This document shows, piece after piece, positions 54,657 to 62,305 of a DNA stretch of 64,000 nt. The notes under the pieces are model-generated. The model saw only the letters and a program-made list of their open reading frames with translations. It did not search any database and was not told the DNA's origin. The first letter of the stretch is position 1. Every line of letters begins with the position of its first letter. A program made the position numbers and the translations under genes. Origin of the DNA: an uncultured Alphaproteobacteria bacterium (GTDB lineage Bacteria > Pseudomonadota > Alphaproteobacteria > RF32 > CAG-239); the NCBI GenBank assembly GCA_944393175.1, contig CALXZH010000027.1, forward strand, positions 54,926 to 118,925. The letters are read 5' to 3'.

Positions 54657-56169
54657 CTCCGTTCTCCGTAGTTTCAACCTCTGTTTGGGGTGGCGTTTCT
54701 TTGATTAAATTTGAGGGAACGCATAAGGTTTTTCCCAACCATCTTGAGGCTTCTTCCACGTTAACCGCCATTAAGGCATCTTGTCCGAACGAGGCTAGCA
54801 TTGAAACCCATTCGCTGACATTGGTAATGTCTTTTCTTGTTTGTGCTAACGCTAAAGGCGACTTATACTGTAAGTCAACTATCTTGCCGTCTAAATCAAA
54901 ATTCGGAATATCTCCGCGGCGGCGTAAAATATGAAACGCCCTCTTTAATAACGGCGTAAGCAGCTCTGATTGCAACCGTCCGAAGGTTGCGCCCAAAATA
55001 CGTGCTACTTCGGCCGAACGTTCCAAAACTTCAGTCGCGGTCATATTCGGCGTGGCAATTTGTGATAGTCTGTCTGCCAGCAAAGAATGATTTATTCTTT
55101 GGCGCAAATCGGACAATATGAGCTGTGAAACATCAAAATCACCAGGAGCACTCAATGGCGTTAAGCCTTTAGAACCCACCGCTTTGGGAATAATTGCTCC
55201 AGGAACGAGTTTGATGTTATCGGGATTTAGGATGCCATCGTCATCTGCTTGCCAAATTCCCGTTACCGCAATAGAGGCATTTTTCAAAATCAATTCCACA
55301 ACTTTATTGGCGGTTTTTATATCAGGCAATGCTTTCATGACCGGGGAACGGCCATAAATTTCTCCGGGGGCTTTTAACCACCTAAAGTTAATAAACGGTG
55401 AGGTTTCAAATATTCCTTCTTTTAAGACAAAGCTATCTTCATAGCCCCCATTTTCATCCCAAGCAAAAGCTATATAATTATATCCGCATGCGCCCGAATT
55501 ATAATTTCTCGGCATTACAGCCTCAATAATACTTACTTGGCTGTCAGGGTCTTGCTGCAATCTTTCTTGCATCAAGGGCGGAATGTCTGCTTCGGGAAAG
55601 CGCGTCCTAATGCCCTCAAAATTGAGTTTGGAACAGCGAAAAGTCGTATCAATTTTTCCGTCGGCACTCTCTTCTATGGCAATTTCTCTTAGCGGAACGG
55701 CATAAAAATGAAAAGCCGTGGCTTCTCCGATGCTTGATTCTTCAAACATTAAACAAGCCGTCCCTACCGTTACCAAATCCAAATAACACTGGTGAACTTC
55801 GACTGCAAAATTTGAATGCTCAAAATTTTGCAACATTACCTCTGAGGCCTTCTCCAAAATAGGAGCGACTTGTTCTTGTTCGGTCGGACTTAATTCATTT
55901 CCCGGTCTTAGTCCAAACCATTTTGCCCAAGGCGGGGTTAATTCAGAAAGTAAAGATGAGGCTAATTGGTCAACCGCATCCGGTGCCGTTCCATCATAGA
56001 GGCACAAATTTTTCTTTGTACCGGGCTGTGTGTCATAGCTAAAGGAACTGACATTTTCTCTTAAAGGAAAGGCATATTCGTAGCATTCTTTCCAATGATT
56101 CTCCCAGTTTTGTTTTCTCTCGGAGGCTTTCTTATATCGGCTTACCAATCTTTCAAGTTGAAACTCCAT
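54640..56169 (-). CDS. Portal protein (T7 gp8-type head-to-tail connector)
   Basis: 509 aa. N-terminal LVSRYKKASERKQNWENHWKECYEYAFPLRE matches the head-tail-connector family pattern. It sits between the terminase/lysis genes and the scaffold. Confidence 0.8.
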   Translation of the reverse strand: MEFQLERLVSRYKKASERKQNWENHWKECYEYAFPLRENVSSFSYDTQPGTKKNLCLYDGTAPDAVDQLASSLLSELTPPWAKWFGLRPGNELSPTEQEQVAPILEKASEVMLQNFEHSNFAVEVHQCYLDLVTVGTACLMFEESSIGEATAFHFYAVPLREIAIEESADGKIDTTFRCSKLNFEGIRTRFPEADIPPLMQERLQQDPDSQVSIIEAVMPRNYNSGACGYNYIAFAWDENGGYEDSFVLKEGIFETSPFINFRWLKAPGEIYGRSPVMKALPDIKTANKVVELILKNASIAVTGIWQADDDGILNPDNIKLVPGAIIPKAVGSKGLTPLSAPGDFDVSQLILSDLRQRINHSLLADRLSQIATPNMTATEVLERSAEVARILGATFGRLQSELLTPLLKRAFHILRRRGDIPNFDLDGKIVDLQYKSPLALAQTRKDITNVSEWVSMLASFGQDALMAVNVEEASRWLGKTLCVPSNLIKETPPQTEVETTENGDVAAV

Positions 56170-56171
56170 GG

Positions 56172-56396
56172 CTATTCTCCCAAGAGATTTTTTCGTTTGA
56201 GGCTATCTTCTTTTTCTCCAAGAATGCCGTTATATGAAGTACGAATCGTGCCTTCTTGTCCGCGACGTTGACGTGCCAAATTTTCTTGTCTTTCTTCTTC
56301 GGCCTTTCTCTTGGCTTCTGCTTCCGTATCAACAACCGGAACTATCGGTTGTTCTACTTTCGGCGTACTGAAATACTTAAATACTCCTCCCATCAT
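56172..56396 (-). CDS. Small charged phage protein
   Basis: 74-aa ORF that ends immediately before the portal start. Confidence 0.4.
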   Translation of the reverse strand: MMGGVFKYFSTPKVEQPIVPVVDTEAEAKRKAEEERQENLARQRRGQEGTIRTSYNGILGEKEDSLKRKNLLGE

Positions 56397-56757
56397 TATT
56401 TCCTTTCATTTGATTGTGGTTTATTTTGACTGATGTAACTTTGGTTGATGAATGTTTTGCTTCCGGAAGGGAACTCTTTACGACTGAAATTCCCATAACT
56501 CCCAAAGCCATACTCCAAAGTGATGTGGTTTCAACAAGTGCCATAATAATTGCTTCTGCCTTGGGGTGATTTATCCAAATAACCCAACAAATGGTGCCCA
56601 TTTGCAAAACCCAAGTCAGACAGATAGAATACCCAAATAGCGGACGCCAATTATTCTCCCAAGATGCATTTTTTCCTTTACGCCTTGGTGAATTATTCGC
56701 ACAAAAAAAGCGGCGCATCATACTTATCAGCACCGCCAATATTTGTTTGCTTTTCAT
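56377..56757 (-). CDS. Holin-like membrane protein (possibly the DUF3154 3TM holin family)
   Basis: NASWENNWRPLFGYSICLTWVLQMGTICWVIWI plus a second TM segment, located immediately downstream of the endolysin. Confidence 0.5.
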   Translation of the reverse strand: MKSKQILAVLISMMRRFFCANNSPRRKGKNASWENNWRPLFGYSICLTWVLQMGTICWVIWINHPKAEAIIMALVETTSLWSMALGVMGISVVKSSLPEAKHSSTKVTSVKINHNQMKGNNDGRSI

Positions 56758-56761
56758 GTTA

Positions 56762-57178
56762 TCACCTCTCTATATCGTTATAAAAAAGGTGATGTCCGAT
56801 TTCGGCACAAGGTATTTTGCCTCTTGCCCAAGAGGGATTTGTGCTCTTGGTGTGATAGTGAGTCGCATGCGACGTGCTATCCTCCAGAAGACCCGAAATG
56901 GCTCTGCCGGCAATTCTTTTACAAATACAAAAAATTATATCCGTATCAGAGACTTTTTGAATTAAAGCATAATTGGCATCATTCTTATTCCAACAAGAAA
57001 ATTGGTACGGGTAGCGGCATATATCTTTAATCGTATTGCCCCACCAATATCGCCCTTTCTTTTTACTTAATGCCAAACGGTTTAAAACAACTGAGGCGAC
57101 AGCTTCCATGCCGGATATGCTCTCGCCTCGTGCCTCCCCATAAATCGTGCGGGCTAATGTGTCCAAATCTTCACTCAT
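56762..57178 (-). CDS. SleB-type cell wall hydrolase (endolysin)
   Basis: LARTIYGEARGESISGMEAVASVVLNRL...ATHYH is typical of the Hydrolase_2 (SleB) family. Confidence 0.85.
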   Translation of the reverse strand: MSEDLDTLARTIYGEARGESISGMEAVASVVLNRLALSKKKGRYWWGNTIKDICRYPYQFSCWNKNDANYALIQKVSDTDIIFCICKRIAGRAISGLLEDSTSHATHYHTKSTNPSWARGKIPCAEIGHHLFYNDIER

Positions 57179-57462
57179 CTTGACCTCCCTACTTCATCTA
57201 ATTTTTTCTCTATTCTTAGTAAGTGATTGGTCAGGCGGTTTTCGACATCTTTAAGATAGCCCGTGGAAACATAATTTCTGGCAACATGAAGTTTGAAATC
57301 GGCTAAAGCTTCTTTGCACACATCTACCCTGCCTTCGGTATGATTTTGAGTGGCTAGAAGTTGTTCCTCCATCTCTTTTCGCTGCTTGACCAGCATACGA
57401 AATACCGCTACAAACAGCGGCAATTCAATCATTGCTATCCAATTTATCAATTCATTAAACAT
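57175..57462 (-). CDS. Membrane-anchored coiled-coil protein of the lysis cassette
   Basis: An N-terminal TM segment (WIAMIELPLFVAVFRMLV) followed by a helical region. It overlaps the endolysin start as ATGA. Confidence 0.4.
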   Translation of the reverse strand: MFNELINWIAMIELPLFVAVFRMLVKQRKEMEEQLLATQNHTEGRVDVCKEALADFKLHVARNYVSTGYLKDVENRLTNHLLRIEKKLDEVGRSR

Positions 57463-57473
57463 CTTAGTTTTCC

Positions 57474-58970
57474 TTATACGCTAAAATTGGTTTGTGCCTT
57501 AAACTGGTTTGAACTTCCCTGCCAGCTAAAACGTTTATATTCTCCTTCTCCCGAAACTTGTGCAAAACGTATCGGCTCGGAGGATAAACAGCCGGCAACG
57601 GCGTCTAGACCATCATCATGGACGCTGCCTTCTACATTCCACTCTCTCATTTCTTCAATAAACGGAGTGTTCCAAATTCTGCGGTGCGCATTTAAGGCTC
57701 GCTCTGCCAGCAAAACTTCAAAAGCCTCCAAAATTCGAACGGCTTTATTGGTTGAAGAATACATCTCTAACACCGCCGTGCGAATCTTGCGCTTTTGCAA
57801 AGTTTGTTTGAGGATACCCGGCAAAAACTTTCCTATGCCGTTGGCTTCGACCCGAATGGAAGGCAAATGATTTCTTTCAATAAAATCCGCAACCTTTTCA
57901 CATTGGAGCGAGGCTTGATTATCCTGAGGCGTGTCTGCAAGTTTAATATATTCAACGTCGTGCAGCCAAAATTTTCCATCTTCATCGGTAAAGACACAGG
58001 CAATAACACTATTGTCTCCTGACGAAGAAGCAAAAGACGGATCCCACCAGCAAGATGCCGACAGCAATTTCTTATCCCCCAAGTGCAAAATTTCTCGTCC
58101 GTTGGCAAAAGTTTGCGTGAGTTCTAAGTTGTAAACACACAACCTCTCGGGATTTAGCACACAATCTCTGAAATTTACCGGTTGCAACATCATCTGTGAT
58201 AAAAACTTATTCTCTCCAGAGCGTTGGCGGAGAGAGGCTATCTTTTCTACAGAAAATCTTTCAGGCCACGCGCTTTGCCCATGCTTATCCAAAATGGGAA
58301 TCTCTAATTTTTGAAAATTTAACAAAAATGGTTCCAATTCGGGACGCGAATCGTCATAAGCTATTTGGTAAATGGTATAAAATGTATGTGGTGTTCCTAT
58401 ATATAACTGCATTCCTTCTGGGGTTAAGATATAGTCCAGCTCCTCCAACTTTTCTCGTAATTCAAGTCGTTTGAGAGAAGTATCACAGTTTTTGGGAACT
58501 TCGACATCATCACAAATTATTAAATCCGCTCGCAAACCGGTTATATTGGCTCCTATTCCCTTTGCAAGCATGGACGGGTCGCGTAATTCCTGATTGCGTC
58601 TGATGGTAAACTGGTCTGAGGCCCATTGCTCCAGTTTTTCTGGTTTTAGCTCTTTGGTTAGCGGATGTTGCTCAATAATCCTTTTAACATTACGAACCAT
58701 CTTTTTGGCCAAGGCGTGATCTGCTGCCATTACCAAAATACGGGTTGCCGTTTTGGTATACAAAACCCATGCACAAAAAAGACCGACAATGGTAGATTTG
58801 CCTGAATTGCGAAATGCCATCAGTAAACCTTGTCGGTCTTTGTCACTTTGCCACAGATTGCTCAACCATTTTGCAATCTTACGTTGGTGCTTGGGAACTG
58901 AGAGATTTTGTAACTTGAACCAGATATAAATAAACTCATAAAAGCTAATCTTGTTCATCTTCCGCACCAT
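57474..58970 (-). CDS. Terminase large subunit
   Basis: Walker A AFRNSGKST, Walker B LIICDDVE, and a C-terminal nuclease-type half (SCWWDPSF..., DDGLDA). Confidence 0.85.
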   Translation of the reverse strand: MVRKMNKISFYEFIYIWFKLQNLSVPKHQRKIAKWLSNLWQSDKDRQGLLMAFRNSGKSTIVGLFCAWVLYTKTATRILVMAADHALAKKMVRNVKRIIEQHPLTKELKPEKLEQWASDQFTIRRNQELRDPSMLAKGIGANITGLRADLIICDDVEVPKNCDTSLKRLELREKLEELDYILTPEGMQLYIGTPHTFYTIYQIAYDDSRPELEPFLLNFQKLEIPILDKHGQSAWPERFSVEKIASLRQRSGENKFLSQMMLQPVNFRDCVLNPERLCVYNLELTQTFANGREILHLGDKKLLSASCWWDPSFASSSGDNSVIACVFTDEDGKFWLHDVEYIKLADTPQDNQASLQCEKVADFIERNHLPSIRVEANGIGKFLPGILKQTLQKRKIRTAVLEMYSSTNKAVRILEAFEVLLAERALNAHRRIWNTPFIEEMREWNVEGSVHDDGLDAVAGCLSSEPIRFAQVSGEGEYKRFSWQGSSNQFKAQTNFSV

Positions 58971-59262
58971 CCAATTCTGCTCTTGCCTCGGATAAGAGTT
59001 TTAATATATCTTCTGTTCCGCTCATTGTATTTGTGTCAGTTGTTCCCTCTTCAGTCCACTTGGCTAATTTTAACAATGTCTCGGCGTGATTAACTGCCGA
59101 TTTGCAGGCACTGTGGTGTGCACTAAAACCCTTGGCATCTTCGGGAATGGGTCTTTCCGAAAATGTTTCATAACTCTCTAGCACCTGTGAAACTTTTTCG
59201 GGAAGGGTTCTTTGCAAATTTTTCTTTAAGGACTTTAGTGTCTTGGCCTTTTTGAAATGCAT
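58945..59262 (-). CDS. Hypothetical protein, candidate small terminase subunit by position only
   Basis: 105-aa ORF immediately upstream of TerL, overlapping it by 26 nt. Confidence 0.3.
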   Translation of the reverse strand: MHFKKAKTLKSLKKNLQRTLPEKVSQVLESYETFSERPIPEDAKGFSAHHSACKSAVNHAETLLKLAKWTEEGTTDTNTMSGTEDILKLLSEARAELDGAEDEQD

Positions 59263-59291
59263 TTTAACTCCTTTCTTTTACAGGTCTTTAA

Positions 59292-59329
59292 ATATAAAAA
59301 AATTCGCTAAGACTTGTGGTCTTGCGAAT
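59292..59329 (-). terminator. Intrinsic terminator between the two leading small genes and the packaging/structural operon
   Basis: Minus sense: ATTCGC-AAGAC-cacaa-GTCTT-a-GCGAAT (11 bp with one bulge), followed by TTTTTTATATT, about 30 nt upstream of the ATG at 59262. Confidence 0.6.
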
Positions 59330-59396
59330 CTTACTTTGTTTTGGACACACTAATAGCAAGTGGCGTTTTTGTATGTAGCAAATTTTTTTGTGTTTG

Positions 59397-59810
59397 TCAA
59401 GACTTTTTTCCTACAATTTTTAATATTTTTTGATAAAGCTGCCATGGCGTGTGGATAAATCTGTCATGAATGCCTATGGCACGCTTTACAAATTCTACGC
59501 AAGTAAAGAACGATAAAGGAGAACATTTTAACGGTGCTTGCCTAATCTCAATCGGGCATAATATAACTTTGCGACTCCGTTTTATATAATCTGCAAAATC
59601 AAAATCTATCGGATAGTCATAAACAAATACGGCGGTTTGATTAGAAAATGGATTTAGTTCAATCCACATGCCGCTATTTTTCATTTTTAACAAAAGATAA
59701 CAATGCCTAAACCCCGGCTTTAGAAATCTTAACCACCAGATGGTGGTATTATCTGAAAAAACAACATAACATTTTTCATAATCTTGCTTGGCAAATACAT
59801 CTAAGCGCAT
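59397..59810 (-). CDS. Phage-cluster hypothetical protein
   Basis: 137-aa ORF overlapping the upstream gene by 10 nt. I cannot name a family. Confidence 0.4.
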   Translation of the reverse strand: MRLDVFAKQDYEKCYVVFSDNTTIWWLRFLKPGFRHCYLLLKMKNSGMWIELNPFSNQTAVFVYDYPIDFDFADYIKRSRKVILCPIEIRQAPLKCSPLSFFTCVEFVKRAIGIHDRFIHTPWQLYQKILKIVGKKS

Positions 59811-60142
59811 TGCGTAATGATTCCTTTAGAAAGTAAATAATATTCAAAAACATGTATACCCTCATCCCAAAGTCTGATTTCACTTCTTTTGGCTCGATAA
59901 TTATAGTAAGGCGGACATTCCAGTTGTCCCCATTTTACCATAACCCGCAAATGACGATTGGTGATATGATGATTTAGTTTCATTTTTTTTATGATGCGAT
60001 AAATATCTGCTACTTCGCAATTTCTTTGTTTTCCTTTGTAATCGTTACACGACCTTAGACCATTATCTCTGGCCAGCATACAACCACAAAACCAAAACCA
60101 GACTTGTTCAGCATTATCAAAAGGTTCATACTCTTCTATCAT
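59801..60142 (-). CDS. Small putative DNA-binding regulator, first gene of the leftward operon
   Basis: 113 aa. HITNRHLRVMVKWGQL looks like a sigma-region-4/LuxR-type HTH. This is a weak call. Confidence 0.3.
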   Translation of the reverse strand: MIEEYEPFDNAEQVWFWFCGCMLARDNGLRSCNDYKGKQRNCEVADIYRIIKKMKLNHHITNRHLRVMVKWGQLECPPYYNYRAKRSEIRLWDEGIHVFEYYLLSKGIITQCA

Positions 60143-60169
60143 TAGGCAACCTCCAGCTTGCGTTCTATT

Positions 60170-60184
60170 TTAACTAAACGTTAA
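60170..60184. promoter_or_regulatory. Palindrome TTAAC-N5-GTTAA, candidate operator in the divergent control region
   Basis: A perfect 5+5 inverted repeat lying just downstream of a candidate leftward promoter (TTGAAA, 16-nt spacer, TATAAC on the minus strand). Confidence 0.3.
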
Positions 60185-60233
60185 CTTTATTTGTTATATA
60201 TTAGGTTGTAGGAATTTCAACACAAAAAAAGAA

Positions 60234-60262
60234 TTGAATCCTAAAATCTTTTGTTGTATACT
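60234..60262 (+). promoter_or_regulatory. Candidate sigma-70 promoter of the repressor gene
   Basis: TTGAAT, a 17-nt spacer, then TATACT, about 40 nt upstream of the ATG at 60304, which has an AAGGAGG SD. Confidence 0.45.
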
Positions 60263-60303
60263 TTTTTTGTGCTCGTAAAACATAGAGAAAACAAGGAGGA
60301 ACA

Positions 60304-60921
60304 ATGCAATATGAACAAGTTTGGGATGCTGTTGATAAGTTAGCAAGATTACACGGCCTTTCTCCTTCGGGACTGGCAAAAAAAGCCGGTCTCGATGCTA
60401 CTACTTTTAACAAAAGTAAAAGAACTCGTCGTGACGGAAAACAGAGATGGCCCTCTTTGGATAGTATTAATAAAATCTTGGATGCCTGTAATATCTCTTT
60501 TGAACAGTTTTATCAACTCATAGATGAAGATTTGGCTACTCAAGCTGAGGGAATTCCTTTTATACGTTTTTCTGAATTGGAAAAAAACGGTATTAAAAAT
60601 TCTAAGTTAGTAACCGATAAGTGGGAAAAAATTCAATTTCCCGATACGACGGTAAACCTTTACGCCGTTAATTTAGACACTGCAGATTTTGAGCCAATCT
60701 TTAGAAAAGGAAATACCCTCATTGCAACTAAAGATCCGGAAATCAGAAAAGGAGACCGCGTCTTGATTTTTTTGATAGAGGGGTCTCCTATCATTAAAGA
60801 ATTTAGACATCGTACAACCTCTACTCTTGTGTTCGGAGACTTGATATCCCCTAATCACGAAGTGCAAATTAACATTTCTGATATTAAGCTTATTAACCGA
60901 ATCGTTTGGGCTGAACAATGA
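60304..60921 (+). CDS. HTH plus S24 (LexA/CI-like) repressor; the catalytic Ser appears to be replaced
   Basis: N-terminal HTH (LSPSGLAKKAGLDATTFNKSKR). The C-terminal beta domain reads NLDTADFEPIFRKGNTLIA...GDRVLIF...IIKEF, aligning to G(D/N)SMEP....GD.v.v...vKrl. Confidence 0.8.
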   Translation: MQYEQVWDAVDKLARLHGLSPSGLAKKAGLDATTFNKSKRTRRDGKQRWPSLDSINKILDACNISFEQFYQLIDEDLATQAEGIPFIRFSELEKNGIKNSKLVTDKWEKIQFPDTTVNLYAVNLDTADFEPIFRKGNTLIATKDPEIRKGDRVLIFLIEGSPIIKEFRHRTTSTLVFGDLISPNHEVQINISDIKLINRIVWAEQ

Positions 60922-61148
60922 CAGGATTGAAAACATATTTAGAAAATGATTCTAAATTTTTAGATGATTTGGAGCGCAAGTTTGATAATTTGCCTTGGGT
61001 AAATGATGTTTCTTTATTGCTCTCTTTAGATAAAATTTGTTATAAATATACTAAAGAATTAGCTCGTAATCGGCTTATTTTGCATAAATGTCGGCCTTTG
61101 GAAAAAAACTTGCGCATTTATCGAAATTATGCCATTCGTCTTAAATGA
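60918..61148 (+). CDS. Hypothetical small protein, translationally coupled to the repressor
   Basis: 76-aa ORF whose start overlaps the repressor stop as ATGA. Confidence 0.35.
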   Translation: MTGLKTYLENDSKFLDDLERKFDNLPWVNDVSLLLSLDKICYKYTKELARNRLILHKCRPLEKNLRIYRNYAIRLK

Positions 61149-61164
61149 TACGGGAGTATGTCGC

Positions 61165-61818
61165 ATGAAACTTTTTAAAAAACTGATTAAAATTAAGGGA
61201 AAAAATAATCAACTCCTTTCTCCCAAAATTAAAGGTAATGGTTTTTATGACAGATCTCCCGTTAAAATTACGGGTAATCAGAATATTATTAATATTCATC
61301 CCAATAATAAATTTTATAAATTAGAGTTAATCATCAGCGGTAACAACAACCATATTTCGATTGATGAGGGATGTTGGGGCTCCTTAAAAATCATTATTAA
61401 TACCGATAACGCCTCTGTCAAAATCGGTAAAAACTGCGTATTTAGAGGCGTGGATGCAGGCCTGTGGGAAACGGGGAGCTCTCTTTCTATCGGTGACGAA
61501 GTCATGATTGCCAGAGATTCTCGTCTTTATGTTTCTGATTTTCACAGTATTGTTAACATTAACTCCATGGAAGCAATCAACCAAGGAAAGTTCATTACTA
61601 TAGGCAACCATGTGTGGATTGGCGAAAGAGTTTTTGTTTTAAAAAATAATACAATTGCTGACGATATTATGGTGGCAGCAGGCTCAATCGTTACAAAAGA
61701 TTTATCCGAAAGCCATTCCATTTATGCCGGAAATCCTGCCAGAGCCGTGAAGCATGATGTTACTTGGGCAGAAGACAAATTTGATGATTATCAGGCAAAA
61801 CATTTGGCTAATTCTTAA
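61165..61818 (+). CDS. Hexapeptide-repeat (LbH) O-acetyltransferase-like protein
   Basis: IGNHVWIGERVFVLKNNTIADDIMVAAGSIVTKD...YAGNPAR. ATG at 61165 follows a GGGAG SD. Confidence 0.7.
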   Translation: MKLFKKLIKIKGKNNQLLSPKIKGNGFYDRSPVKITGNQNIINIHPNNKFYKLELIISGNNNHISIDEGCWGSLKIIINTDNASVKIGKNCVFRGVDAGLWETGSSLSIGDEVMIARDSRLYVSDFHSIVNINSMEAINQGKFITIGNHVWIGERVFVLKNNTIADDIMVAAGSIVTKDLSESHSIYAGNPARAVKHDVTWAEDKFDDYQAKHLANS

Positions 61819-62305
61819 TATTTGCCAAAATATGCTCTAATTGAATGATACTTTCTTCGGCTGGAAGTTTGAAATTTATTATATATTTGTCGTTTACAGT
61901 ACATTCATTTCTTTGGCTATTATAACAGCAATACGGCGTGGAAAAACTTTGACCGTAAATTTTCGAATCGTCAATATGAATATCTATATCATATTTTTTA
62001 CAAAAACGAGCTTTAGCCGTATTCCATAATTTATCATCGACGTGAAAACTGCCATCTTGAAAAAAAGTCACCTCTCCTTTAGTGGCATAGTAATCCAAAA
62101 TTGCAAAAAGGTCTTGATAACATATTCCCCAGCCTCTTAAAAAGCATGCTATCTTATCAGCAGGACCTCCGGTAATAATATAAATTTCATGACCTCGAGA
62201 TGTCGCCGCCTGCGTAAAATCTTTAAAATATGACGGGTGGGTATTAATTACCCCATGAAAATCAAGCCCTATTTTTAAATGTTTAATTTTCATCACTTGT
62301 TCCAA
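61808..62305 (-). CDS. Hypothetical protein with a weak HAD-like motif
   Basis: KIGLDFHGVIN...IYIITGG...HIDDS suggests a HAD/NT5C-like fold, but the second Asp of DxD is His. Confidence 0.35.
   Translation of the reverse strand: MEQVMKIKHLKIGLDFHGVINTHPSYFKDFTQAATSRGHEIYIITGGPADKIACFLRGWGICYQDLFAILDYYATKGEVTFFQDGSFHVDDKLWNTAKARFCKKYDIDIHIDDSKIYGQSFSTPYCCYNSQRNECTVNDKYIINFKLPAEESIIQLEHILANIKN

Larger units (their letters stand above)
49570..60921 (-). mobile_element. Compact podovirus-type prophage-like cluster (regulators, packaging, lysis, head, tail tube) with a divergent repressor; no integrase, replication or fibre genes
   Basis: See the individual CDS entries. About 16 co-directional, tightly packed and apparently intact ORFs. 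The flanks are ordinary cellular genes. Confidence 0.6.

Noticed and set aside
54359-54934. 191-aa plus-strand ORF
   Set aside because: It is antisense to the portal 3' end and the small downstream gene, and its composition is hydrophobic and odd.
57361-57870. 169-aa plus-strand ORF
   Set aside because: It is antisense to the terminase large subunit and the TM/coiled-coil gene.
59372-59400. TTGACA-17-TACATA as the late promoter
   Set aside because: The -10 is poor (no terminal T), the -35 overlaps a stop codon, and a terminator follows immediately. I kept it only as context for the antitermination idea.
49570-60142. Homology to the classical RcGTA cluster
   Set aside because: The gene set is podovirus-type (T7 gp8-like portal, gp11/gp12-like tube, scaffold). 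It has no HK97 prohead protease, tape measure or siphoviral tail genes. Any GTA hypothesis must therefore be an independent domestication, not RcGTA.
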